This document shows positions 1 through 8,855 of a DNA stretch of 64,000 nt, piece by piece. Numbering within the stretch: position 1 is the first letter of the stretch; each line of letters opens with the position of its first letter. The DNA lies in IMG/VR virus record IMGVR_UViG_3300044713_000194, positions 32,001 through 96,000 of that record; one strand, given 5' to 3'. Below the pieces are notes generated by a model. That model made no database searches. It was given only the letters and a program-made list of their open reading frames with translations, and had not been told where the DNA came from. The translations under genes were made by a program, and so were the position numbers. The stretch is from a virus.

Positions 1-594
1 TGTTTCTTCCTTCTTCTTGCGACGCAGGAGCTTATCCGGTGCGCCTGGAATCCCCTTCTCCTTCTGACGTTTCTTATGCTCCTGCACGTTGCGCTGGCGG
101 ATGATGTTGACGATATTGTGCTGGACGGACGGAAGAATGCGCTCAAACACGGCCTTGCAGTGCTTACAGATGAGGAAGTGATTGCGGAGATCCAGCCGTT
201 CAGTCGGCGCGGTAAGCAATGGGCGTGGCTCTCCTTCAAGCGCATCCCGTTGATTAAGATTCCATTGTGCTCCCCAGTACAGGAACGCAGCGCACGTGCA
301 CGAAGCCTCCACGTCAAGGTTTTTGGCCGAGGTCTCATCGGTTACACTCGACAAGTCAAAGCGCACCTTCACGTCGTGTCCGGCAGGATCGGAGGTTTTC
401 AGGTTGCACTTGACGTTGTAGTTGAGGAAGAGCGAACGGGGATTGGAGCCGGTAAGCTTTGGATTGCAGCCTGGGCGGTTCTTCGTCGAGAATTCGTTTG
501 TCTGCTGGACAAGCTCCGGCACCGAGATGGCGATTTTGTGACTGCCGGGGCGGAAGTACTCGCCGAGCTTGAACTTTACACTGACCTCAGACAA
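1..594 (-). CDS. SWIM zinc-finger protein (partial, runs off left edge; not in ORF track)
   Basis: Manual translation from TTG at 594 after GAGGGGGAG: MSEVSVKFKL...ASCTCAAFLYWG...FLICKHCKAV; CxC...CxH SWIM pattern; frame open to position 1. Confidence 0.75.
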   Translation of the reverse strand, partial: MSEVSVKFKLGEYFRPGSHKIAISVPELVQQTNEFSTKNRPGCNPKLTGSNPRSLFLNYNVKCNLKTSDPAGHDVKVRFDLSSVTDETSAKNLDVEASCTCAAFLYWGAQWNLNQRDALEGEPRPLLTAPTERLDLRNHFLICKHCKAVFERILPSVQHNIVNIIRQRNVQEHKKRQKEKGIPGAPDKLLRRKKKEET

Positions 595-635
595 GCGGAA
601 CTCCCCCTCACAAGAAGCGTTTGAGAGTCGATTTC

Positions 636-857
636 CTAGCGCTTGTCTTCATCCCGCACAAGAATGATCGTGGGGTACAGCGATGTGCGCCGATATTTGT
701 AGTAGCGATGCTTCGCCTGGTACGCGCGCCATTCCTTACGGGACAGGGGCTGCCTACGAAGAAATACCTGGTGCGCCACCGCTGTGACGGCGGTGGCTGC
801 CGCAACGAGGAAGACCTTCATGACAAAGGCCTCTTCGGGGGAGAGATGGAGAAACAA
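636..857 (-). CDS. small hypothetical protein
   Basis: Co-oriented ORF filling the gap between neighbours; start uncertain. Confidence 0.4.
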   Translation of the reverse strand: MFLHLSPEEAFVMKVFLVAAATAVTAVAHQVFLRRQPLSRKEWRAYQAKHRYYKYRRTSLYPTIILVRDEDKR

Positions 858-878
858 GGGCGCGCCCTCCCTGGTGAG

Positions 879-1805
879 TTAGGCTCCGGATTCTGCCGCT
901 GCCTTGGCCTTCTGAATATCCTCGATCAGCTTCGGCTTGGCCGGGTTCTTCTGGTAGGTCAGGCCGTACTTGGTCCGCGCGTACACGAGCATGTCGTTGT
1001 ACTTGAGAAGTGAGAAGTCGATCTCGTCGGTTGTGGCGGCGTTACCGGTACCCTCTGCATCCGCAGGTACTCCGCCTTCATCAGCGCCGGGTCCGTCGTT
1101 TTCAGTGACGGCCTCTTCACCCTCGACCTTCTGCCCGCCAGCACCGGCGTCTTCGCTCTGCTCTTCGAAACCGATCGCCTGCGCCTCGGCATCGGAGAAG
1201 CCCGCCGCCTTCGCGTCTTCGAACTTGGCGACACCGGAGGCCTCGTCGCCGGTTACTGTGTCGGGGGTCTCAACAATGGCCTTAGCAATGGGCTCGGCTT
1301 GCTTGGAGAGCAACTGCGTCCGCTGCTCCCGAAGCTCGGCGGAGCGGAAAGCGAGCGTAGACGAAGATGCCTGGCCCTGGAAGGTCTGATTGGAGAGGTA
1401 CTCAATCTTGGCCAAAGCTCCGTCGATCAACGCAAGTTTCTGGTTGCTGGTTTCGGCTTTTTCGATTTGCTCGGTAAGCGGTGCGAACAGCGCAAAGCAC
1501 GCGGCGCAGTCCCCGTCGCCATTGTTATCCGGACCAAGACCGCAGGTGGTGCAAAGCTTGACCGAAGGCTTTTGAACTGGAGGAGCCTCGGGCGTATCCT
1601 TCACTTCCTTGATCCAGCCGCTGGCAATGAGGGCCGGAACAGAGGCGGCGTTGGGAGCGAATGTGGTAGCCACCAATTTCCGATTGCGGTATACGGACAC
1701 TTTGTTGCTGTTGTTCGAGTCGTACAGAACAATGTCGCCCTTCTCGATATAGGCGTGGGCGAAGGTCATATTAAAGCGCTTTGCAACGACGTAGGTCTTT
1801 ACCAT
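879..1805 (-). CDS. hypothetical protein with acidic linker and C-terminal helical (HeH/Rho-N-like) domain
   Basis: ORF 879..1820; ATG at 1805 follows GAGGGAG. Confidence 0.7.
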   Translation of the reverse strand: MVKTYVVAKRFNMTFAHAYIEKGDIVLYDSNNSNKVSVYRNRKLVATTFAPNAASVPALIASGWIKEVKDTPEAPPVQKPSVKLCTTCGLGPDNNGDGDCAACFALFAPLTEQIEKAETSNQKLALIDGALAKIEYLSNQTFQGQASSSTLAFRSAELREQRTQLLSKQAEPIAKAIVETPDTVTGDEASGVAKFEDAKAAGFSDAEAQAIGFEEQSEDAGAGGQKVEGEEAVTENDGPGADEGGVPADAEGTGNAATTDEIDFSLLKYNDMLVYARTKYGLTYQKNPAKPKLIEDIQKAKAAAESGA

Positions 1806-1860
1806 GCAGAACTCCCTCAAGAGGTAATACCGGTTTAAGGTACCGATCTGAAAATGTGCC

Positions 1861-1891
1861 GAAAAAGAAAAGGGCAGCCGAAGCTGCCCTC
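1861..1891 (-). terminator. intrinsic terminator after major capsid gene
   Basis: AGGGCAGC-TTCG-GCTGCCCT followed by TTTCTTTTT on minus strand. Confidence 0.85.
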
Positions 1892-1919
1892 ATCTGTTGT
1901 CCTCCCCGGACACCGAGGA

Positions 1920-2912
1920 TTAGTCGGTTGTGTTGCCCGGGTACGGGATGGCGTTGCCTTCCGCGATCATTCCGCCGCTCTCGCCAGGTACCGTGGTCGG
2001 CACGCTGACCGTACGCGAAACCACCAGGCGCTGGACGCCGGAGGGGTTGAAGATCGTGAAGCCAAGGATCTCGAAGATCGAGAACCCGATCTGCCGGAGG
2101 TCCGGACGATCCGCGCTCATGACCGTGAGGGGCACGCGCTCGGGGATCACGCCGAGGAACTCGGCTTCCGTCAGGATGTAGACGATGCCGTAGTTCACCT
2201 TACGGGACTGGAGCAGCGTCGCACCCCACAGGTAGCCCATCACACCGGTCTTGATCAACTTGCGCTGAGTCTCACGGTCGATGTTGTCCTGCGTCCACTT
2301 GCGGAGGTCGGCGTAGTCCTTCGGGTTGAAGAACACGTAGGCCACCGAAAGATCGTGACGCTCGACCTGGGCGAAGCCATCGGCCATCGCATCGACGGTG
2401 ATCGGTGCGGTGATCGGCTGGTCCACATTCAGGACGTAGTCGTCGGGCAGCGCGGTCGCGGCGGCGGCTGCCGTCGCATCCAGAAGGCCGAAGATCTTCT
2501 CGTCCTCAGCGGCACCGATCTCGGCTTTACCGAGGTTCAGGGCACGCTGAACGATGTCGAAGCGGCGCTCCTTGATCTGGGTGATCGGAATCATCGGGAG
2601 TTCAGCAATTTCGAAGGTCGGAACCGTGATACGGTTCGGCTTCACAACGCTGACGATGTCCGAGCCCTCTTCGCCGACGTAGAACGCCTGAACGAAGCTC
2701 TGACCGGTGGAATCGAATTCTCGGTCATAGATCGGCAGTGCGCCATCGGGCAGAGTTTCAACCATCAGAGCCTTGCGAGCAATGCTCAGATAGTCACGAC
2801 GCCGACGCAGAGACGGGCCAAGAGAGGCCGCGAGCTTCTGCCGACCGGCAGCGGATTTCAGCAGGGTCCCAAGAATGTTGGTCTGCTGCTGATTGCGAGA
2901 GAGATTTGCCAT
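1920..2912 (-). CDS. major capsid protein (HK97 fold)
   Basis: 330 aa; order protease-scaffold-decoration-capsid; capsid-like segments (VGEEGS, GVMGYLWGATL); strong terminator downstream. Confidence 0.85.
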   Translation of the reverse strand: MANLSRNQQQTNILGTLLKSAAGRQKLAASLGPSLRRRRDYLSIARKALMVETLPDGALPIYDREFDSTGQSFVQAFYVGEEGSDIVSVVKPNRITVPTFEIAELPMIPITQIKERRFDIVQRALNLGKAEIGAAEDEKIFGLLDATAAAAATALPDDYVLNVDQPITAPITVDAMADGFAQVERHDLSVAYVFFNPKDYADLRKWTQDNIDRETQRKLIKTGVMGYLWGATLLQSRKVNYGIVYILTEAEFLGVIPERVPLTVMSADRPDLRQIGFSIFEILGFTIFNPSGVQRLVVSRTVSVPTTVPGESGGMIAEGNAIPYPGNTTD

Positions 2913-2958
2913 GGTAATATTTCTCGTTTCTCGTCGTAGTCCGTTTTCCTGTCAGGGA

Positions 2959-3456
2959 TTACAGGTACGAAGCAACTCCCAACCAGGGATTCTGGGTTGT
3001 GGGCGACTGCGTGCAGACGCCGATTGCTGCGGTGTATGCGCCCGTGCCGGTGGCGGCGGTCGCGGTGATCAGACCCTTCTTCGAGCCGCCTCCGGCATAA
3101 ACCGGAAGGCCGACCGTGAAGGTCGCTGTGGCGTCGTAGGCCTGGCTGTCCACGTAGAACTGGGGCAGACCGCGAAGGATGGGGGCCTTACCTGAACCCG
3201 AAGGTCCGATGGAGCCCGCAAATTCGCCGGGGCCGTTGATGAGGAAGCCGAACGGGACCTGGCCCGCAGAGGCGTCACATGGGCCAATCACCTGGCCACG
3301 GCCTGCGGTTGCGGACGTGAAGAGCGCCATAACAGCGCCACCCAAGTAACCCGCATTCGTAAGCGTGATCTGGTCAGTGCCCGGATTCCCGGTCAGCGCA
3401 ACATCGGGAGCGGTGGAACCGTCCTGCTGACCGTAGTACTTCTGGCGAAGAGACAT
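2959..3456 (-). CDS. head decoration / capsid cement protein
   Basis: 165 aa Gly/Ala/Thr-rich protein directly upstream of capsid gene. Confidence 0.65.
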   Translation of the reverse strand: MSLRQKYYGQQDGSTAPDVALTGNPGTDQITLTNAGYLGGAVMALFTSATAGRGQVIGPCDASAGQVPFGFLINGPGEFAGSIGPSGSGKAPILRGLPQFYVDSQAYDATATFTVGLPVYAGGGSKKGLITATAATGTGAYTAAIGVCTQSPTTQNPWLGVASYL

Positions 3457-3639
3457 GATGTTTTCTCCGAGGAAAGTTGTTGAGGTTTACCGTTCCCAGT
3501 GCGACCTCCCGGAGTGGAAGCAGCGCACTATAGGTCAGGCACAGTTGAAGCACCGATGTGCATCTACAAGAGGCACCCCGTAGTTCGTTTTTCGAATTAA
3601 CTTCGGTTTTTCGGAGGGCTACGGAGTATTTACGGTGGA

Positions 3640-3673
3640 CAAATAGAGAAGGCCACCATCTGCGGTGGCCTTC
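3640..3673 (-). terminator. terminator-like hairpin after scaffold gene
   Basis: GAAGGCCACC-GCAGAT-GGTGGCCTTC then TCTATTT. Confidence 0.65.
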
Positions 3674-3727
3674 GATGCCCATTGCCCCGGGACCAGGGGA
3701 TAGTCCGTTACCGGACTGTGGTGCAGC

Positions 3728-5383
3728 TTACTGGTAGTCGGCCTCGTCGGAGAAGACCAGAGCGGCCAGGTTGCCACCGGCGATCTTCACGGCTTGCGCC
3801 AAAGGATCGAAGTGGGTTGCGAGTTTGGGGAAGGCACCGCCGCCATCGACCTTCTTGCCAGCCACACGGCGAGCCTTGGTACCGGCCTGCTTGTCCTTGG
3901 GCTCCTTCAGTTCGTTGGTTGTATCCTGCTTATCGCGCTTCCATTCGTTGCCCGCAGGCTTGTGGAGATTGGCGATTTCGGTCAGCAGGTCGCCATCGTG
4001 ATCGGTGTCGGCGTCACGGCCCTCCGAACCTTTGTCGGCCTCGAAATGGCTTACGAGATCGCCCGGCTTCACGATGCCGTCGTTGCTCGCGGCCTGTTTG
4101 GACGCGAAGATCGACGCCATGGGATCATCACCGATTTCCTCGACGACGAACATGTCCGCCGGGGAGCCGATGGCCTCTTCCTGATCCAGGACACCTTCAA
4201 GTTCAGCGGCGTCGCTCGGCGCGAACCACGCATCTTCGGCCATTTCCTCGCCATCCTCATCGTTGAGCGCCGAGACCTTGTCCGAAAAATTGTCGTCGGA
4301 GAAGATGTTCTCGATGTTCAGTTCCTCGGGGGCGGGTGCTTCGCCTTCAGCGCTTCCGTCCATCGCCTCGTCCAAGCCACCGTCTTCAAGGGCTGCATCG
4401 AATGCGCCCTCACCGGCAGCTTCCTCGGTCAGGTTGATGTCGTCTGCGTCGCCAAGCTCGTCGTTGATGGCCTCTTCGAGAGTGGAAATGTCGTCCTTCA
4501 CGTCCTCGATCGCATCCTTGAGAGTCTCCTTCTCTTCGTCGAAGACCTCACCCTCGGCTGCTTCCGCGCCCTCGGCGTCCCCGGCGTCTGCGTCGGACTC
4601 GCCCTCAACCGCGTCGGCATCGGCATTTTCCTCGTGCTCCATGGCCGATTCCTCGACTGGGTTCGGTTCGGTCTCGCCTTCGCCAGCGGCTTCCTGGTCA
4701 ACGGCGTCACCTTCAACACCCTCTTCGGCTACCTTCGCGGCAGCTTCCTTCTTGCAGTTCTCACAGCCCTTGCAGCCTTCGCCGCAGGCGGTTTTGGACG
4801 CGGCTTCCTTTTTCTCGCCTTCTTCTTTCTTTTCTTCGTCCATCTTCATGGAGGCAACCTTGCCTTCGCCGCCATCGGTCCAGATTTTCTGCTTGGCCGG
4901 ATCGGTGGAGTTGTCGGCGTCCATGCCCTGGGGCTCGGTACGCTTGCCCTCGTCGTAGGTGGCTGGCTGCTCGCCGCACTCTTTGCGATCGTCGGCGACC
5001 TTCGCTGAAGCGTTCTTGGCATCGCCCTTCAACTCGGACAGGACCGCCGCCTTCTCCTTCGAGAGGCTCGATGGCTCGTCGAGCAGATCGTTGAGGTCCA
5101 TCTTGTGCACGTCCTTGAAAGCCTCGGCGACGCGCGTATAGTGCGCATTGACGGCTGCCTGGCGCAGCATCGCTTTCAGCACGGGTGTCGAGTTCAAAAG
5201 CAGGTTCTTCGCCAGCTTCACATGCTGCTCGGCGGGGGCGGAGGGGAGCATGGTCTTGGCAAGCGTGTAGGCTGAGGCTACGCGGGTCTTGATCTGCCGC
5301 GTCTCCGCCGCCTGCTTCTTTTCAGCCGCGACCCGTCCCGCAAGGGAGGTCCGGTTGGGATTCGTAGTCGTTGAGTTTGCCAT
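3728..5383 (-). CDS. capsid scaffold protein
   Basis: 551 aa, very acidic low-complexity, between protease and capsid genes; many K-x-A motifs. Confidence 0.7.
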   Translation of the reverse strand: MANSTTTNPNRTSLAGRVAAEKKQAAETRQIKTRVASAYTLAKTMLPSAPAEQHVKLAKNLLLNSTPVLKAMLRQAAVNAHYTRVAEAFKDVHKMDLNDLLDEPSSLSKEKAAVLSELKGDAKNASAKVADDRKECGEQPATYDEGKRTEPQGMDADNSTDPAKQKIWTDGGEGKVASMKMDEEKKEEGEKKEAASKTACGEGCKGCENCKKEAAAKVAEEGVEGDAVDQEAAGEGETEPNPVEESAMEHEENADADAVEGESDADAGDAEGAEAAEGEVFDEEKETLKDAIEDVKDDISTLEEAINDELGDADDINLTEEAAGEGAFDAALEDGGLDEAMDGSAEGEAPAPEELNIENIFSDDNFSDKVSALNDEDGEEMAEDAWFAPSDAAELEGVLDQEEAIGSPADMFVVEEIGDDPMASIFASKQAASNDGIVKPGDLVSHFEADKGSEGRDADTDHDGDLLTEIANLHKPAGNEWKRDKQDTTNELKEPKDKQAGTKARRVAGKKVDGGGAFPKLATHFDPLAQAVKIAGGNLAALVFSDEADYQ

Positions 5384-5461
5384 AGATGGTTACCTTTCCA
5401 TGCATTTGGTGGGTAATGCCCCCACTAAAGCTGAATTTGAAAGTTCCTTTCCTCAATTCAC

Positions 5462-6334
5462 TTAGAAAATCTTGCGCAGATGCGCATCGAGCTTTGCTTC
5501 GTCCGGCGTGATTACAAGCCGGTTATGAGCCGAGCCGGTCTTTGTTGCAGCGGCCACCTGTGTGAATGGCGTCTTTGGGCCGACCCAGCCGTCGAGAATG
5601 ATTGCGCGGTTAGCCGCGCCGGGAAACGCCGGAGTGCCAACCCAGGAGGCCTCCACGAACTTCACGCCGCCAAACGGCAGTGATTTGTGACCGCATAGCT
5701 CGGCGATACGACGGGGAATGCCGTCGTTATCCGTCAGGAATTGCCCCTTCATCGCAAGTAGGTGTTGGCAAAAAGAGTTGGCATCGGTACAACGAGCCCC
5801 GCAATAGCTGCACACAACCAGATCGGTGGTACAGCCCATCGACATGTAACGAACCTTGTTATTACGAATGTCTGCGACCAGGGATTCGTGCGCTAGATCG
5901 GTTGCTACCAGAATGTCCACGTAGTAGACCCAGACGTCCGGTGCGATCTTCACCTTGCGGAGGATCGCGTCGAGAATGTGTCCCTTGGCCGCCTTCCGCT
6001 TCTGGAGATGTTCGAGGAAATTGAACGCGCCGACGAATGTCTTGTAGGAGAGCCGCATCACGGTGTTCTCCCAGGCGTCGTCGTTGTTATTTACAAGGTG
6101 CGAGCACTCGGGCTTGATTAAGTGGTCTTCCGGGTCGGGCTCGACCATTACCGAACTCATAATGGTGCAGTGGGATAGGAGAAACTTGGATTGCTCGGCG
6201 GCGAAGCGCTTGATCCCAGCCGCAGCCGTCTTCTGGCCGAACGCGCGATCATGGTGCATCTTCTCCCAAGCCGGGAGGGAAACGAGATCCACAACCTCCG
6301 CATTCGCTATCTTGTTAAACGCCACCTGTAGCAC
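5462..6334 (-). CDS. prohead maturation protease with Zn-ribbon insert
   Basis: FLEH, YMSMGC, CSYCG...CQH and FVEASWVGTPAF resemble the HK97-type protease His, Ser and E-x-S-x-V-x-x-PA motifs; synteny. Confidence 0.75.
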   Translation of the reverse strand: MLQVAFNKIANAEVVDLVSLPAWEKMHHDRAFGQKTAAAGIKRFAAEQSKFLLSHCTIMSSVMVEPDPEDHLIKPECSHLVNNNDDAWENTVMRLSYKTFVGAFNFLEHLQKRKAAKGHILDAILRKVKIAPDVWVYYVDILVATDLAHESLVADIRNNKVRYMSMGCTTDLVVCSYCGARCTDANSFCQHLLAMKGQFLTDNDGIPRRIAELCGHKSLPFGGVKFVEASWVGTPAFPGAANRAIILDGWVGPKTPFTQVAAATKTGSAHNRLVITPDEAKLDAHLRKIF

Positions 6335-6400
6335 TCCTCTATATAGAGGAGTTCCGAAGTCATTTCCCTTGCCGGTACCTCACCACACGATCGAACCGGG

Positions 6401-7132
6401 TCAGTCTTCGCGGTCCTCTTCCATTTCCTTCTTAACGTCCTCGTCCAGGTGCGAGCGCATGTCATTCCTGGGCGGCAGGATTTTGGGGGTCTCGTGTAAC
6501 TTGATTTCGGCTTCCTTCTTGAACGAACAGGCGTTGCCGCACTTTTCACACACCACGTTGCTGGCTTGGTTATGGCCGCAGTCGGAGCAGGTGTACGTGG
6601 TGGCAATTCGGCGGAATCCCCGATGAGCCGAGGCCGTCATCCGCACCGAGCGGCGATCCTGCGAGATCCAATCTCGAAGATCGACGGTGCCATCGGCGGC
6701 GAATGACTGGATATGGCTACCTTTTGGAGCCACACGGGCCAACAGGTCAAGAGAGGCCGCGATCGCCTCGGCGAGCTTTAAATAATCGACCTTGTTTGTT
6801 CCGGCGGCTGCCGTCCGAGCCTGGCGCATCTGATAGCGGCTCACTTGGTCAATGAGATTCCAGATCATCTGTCGAGCAAGATTGTCCGGACTGAAACCTG
6901 ACGCTCGTTCCAGTGTGTGGAGGGTCTGATCGAGGAGTTTGCGGAATTCCATGGTGCGGCGAGAAGGCTCGTCGCTCTTTACCCCACCCATCTTGGTGGG
7001 ATCGAATTCGGTGCCCTTCGCAGCCCAAGGGCTGTTCCAATCCTTATCCGCAGCGGGATAGTCGGTCTCTTGAAGAAGCTCCTGGTTGGCCGCGTCCATG
7101 CCGCGCTTGCGAAGTAGAGGATGCTGGGCCAT
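6401..7132 (-). CDS. hypothetical virion-associated protein with C-terminal Zn ribbon
   Basis: 243 aa; CSDCG...CEKCG; R/K-x-A linkers. Confidence 0.65.
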   Translation of the reverse strand: MAQHPLLRKRGMDAANQELLQETDYPAADKDWNSPWAAKGTEFDPTKMGGVKSDEPSRRTMEFRKLLDQTLHTLERASGFSPDNLARQMIWNLIDQVSRYQMRQARTAAAGTNKVDYLKLAEAIAASLDLLARVAPKGSHIQSFAADGTVDLRDWISQDRRSVRMTASAHRGFRRIATTYTCSDCGHNQASNVVCEKCGNACSFKKEAEIKLHETPKILPPRNDMRSHLDEDVKKEMEEDRED

Positions 7133-7140
7133 GCGTCACC

Positions 7141-7173
7141 TAAAAAGAAGGGAGGGCCGGTGCGGCCCTCCCA
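7141..7173 (-). terminator. intrinsic terminator after tail tube gene
   Basis: GGGAGGGCCG-CAC-CGGCCCTCCC-TTCTTTTT. Confidence 0.85.
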
Positions 7174-7187
7174 TGAGGAGGCGAAAC

Positions 7188-7871
7188 TTACGCGTTGACG
7201 TTGTTCTCAGCGAAGATCAACGACGCGCCGGTCACCGAGGAGGGATCGTTGCCGGAGTCGATGAACTCGCCGTAGACGGAGCCGGAGATGTCGAACACGT
7301 CGGTAACCAGGATGGTGCAATCCTCGGTCACAGCCGTCTGGTCGATGTTGTAGGTGGAATTGTACGACTCCATCCAACAACCTTCGTACACTGTGGCCAC
7401 GCAGTAGAGCGGTGGAACATTGCCCAGGTTATTGAGGCCGCCCTCGGGATTCACGGAAGCCGGGGTCGCCTCATCGACAGTCGGATCGGTCGAGGCAAGT
7501 TCCGAGAAGACAATCTCGGTCTTGATGTCAAAGGGCCACTTGTGATGCTTCAGCGAACGGACCAATCCGGAAACACCGGCCTTATAGCCGAACTGCTGCA
7601 TCAGGTTGCCGAGGTAGAGAGCGGTACGGGTCACGCTCAGCGACATCGGCTGGGTAACACCCGGTACAAGTTCGGCCACCTGGTCGCCGTACCCGAGGCC
7701 GCGTACCGTGTCGATGTTCTTCGACTCGGAGATCCCGAAGGACGAGGTTACACCCATGCGGGTGAACTTCCCCACCGAAACGACGGGTACATATATTTTG
7801 AAGCGGGTGCTGATGACAGACGAGGTCTGTGCCGTCGTACCCTGACGGTAGATGTAACTGGACGTGGCCAT
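7188..7871 (-). CDS. tail tube protein
   Basis: 227 aa; VRGLGYGDQVAELVPG, WPFDI and YEGCWMESY motifs typical of contractile-tail tube proteins. Confidence 0.75.
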   Translation of the reverse strand: MATSSYIYRQGTTAQTSSVISTRFKIYVPVVSVGKFTRMGVTSSFGISESKNIDTVRGLGYGDQVAELVPGVTQPMSLSVTRTALYLGNLMQQFGYKAGVSGLVRSLKHHKWPFDIKTEIVFSELASTDPTVDEATPASVNPEGGLNNLGNVPPLYCVATVYEGCWMESYNSTYNIDQTAVTEDCTILVTDVFDISGSVYGEFIDSGNDPSSVTGASLIFAENNVNA

Positions 7872-7901
7872 CTAAAAATCCTCCGAATCGAGACCGGTCT
7901 C

Positions 7902-8741
7902 TTACTGGGTCTCATCAGAGGGGTTCAATAGCTGGTTTACGTTTAAATACATTTTTTCAGGTCTCGGCTCATTGAAGGGCTTGCCTAGGGCTGCGGCGGC
8001 TCGTTTACGGGCACACCAGCCGTTAAACTCCGGGGATCGGCGACGGTTGTACTTTGTAGCTCGTTCCGAAGCGGACCGGACACGCTCCTCGGTCCAATTT
8101 TCTTTAAGATTGGAGGTTACAACGGCTTTTCTATAGTGTGGGTCATCTTTCCATCGCTTTTGATTTCTTCGGGCTGCCTGCTTGCGCCCCTCAATGGATT
8201 TATTAAAGGCGACGAGGCGCGCCGTCACACTGTCTTGATCGGTCGTACTACGACACCGTTTCATGGAGGCTCTAAGAGATGCCAGCCCCTCCGGGGATAT
8301 GGTCTTCTTGATGCCTTTGTTACTAACTGCGATGTTTTGTCGCCATTGGGGCGATTTAGCGACTCCTATGCGTTGCCTGGACATTTGTTGCCGAGTCTTG
8401 ATCGAGTGCTGCCGTCCACGCATTGGAGCATCGGCTACGGCGGACATGTTATACCCGGAGCGGAACGCGTCAAACTGATCGATCAACCTCTGCTCATTCG
8501 AAAGTAGGGCTTCGCGCTCACACTCAAAGTGAACTGAAAAGCAGAATACAGATCCTCCGTGTTTGTTCCAGGCGTTCTGCAACTTTCGATTTACGTGTAC
8601 GTTTGCTTTTAAGGCGCGCCGATGTCTGCGCCATCTAGCTTCTATATCGAACGAACTACCGACGTACACCTTCCCATCGTTGGTATTCGTAATGAGATAC
8701 ACACCGCAGTATTTTTGCCGTCTCATTATTCTAGCCCGCAC
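7902..8741 (-). CDS. GIY-YIG homing endonuclease (NUMOD-type C-terminus)
   Basis: CGVYLITN...KVYVGSS...RWRRH...E...GYN; lower GC; basic tail. Confidence 0.85.
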   Translation of the reverse strand: MRARIMRRQKYCGVYLITNTNDGKVYVGSSFDIEARWRRHRRALKANVHVNRKLQNAWNKHGGSVFCFSVHFECEREALLSNEQRLIDQFDAFRSGYNMSAVADAPMRGRQHSIKTRQQMSRQRIGVAKSPQWRQNIAVSNKGIKKTISPEGLASLRASMKRCRSTTDQDSVTARLVAFNKSIEGRKQAARRNQKRWKDDPHYRKAVVTSNLKENWTEERVRSASERATKYNRRRSPEFNGWCARKRAAAALGKPFNEPRPEKMYLNVNQLLNPSDETQ

Positions 8742-8855
8742 GTTCTCTAGTTGGCTCCGGTAAATCTGGCTAAGATCGGGGATTTTGAGGCCACCGGCTA
8801 TGGTGGCCTCGTATCTCTTTCCGCGCGGTGGAAGGATGAAAAATCGCTTATTTCT

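Noticed and set aside
76-624. Plus-strand ORF and other long antisense ORFs (1854-2939, 3794-5008, 51654-52700)
   Set aside because: Shadows of GC-rich minus-strand genes; the real gene at the left edge is the SWIM ORF.
7902-8741. Group I introns around the GIY-YIG genes (also 17269-18108)
   Set aside because: Flanking genes look intact and there is no room for intron core elements; treated as free-standing.
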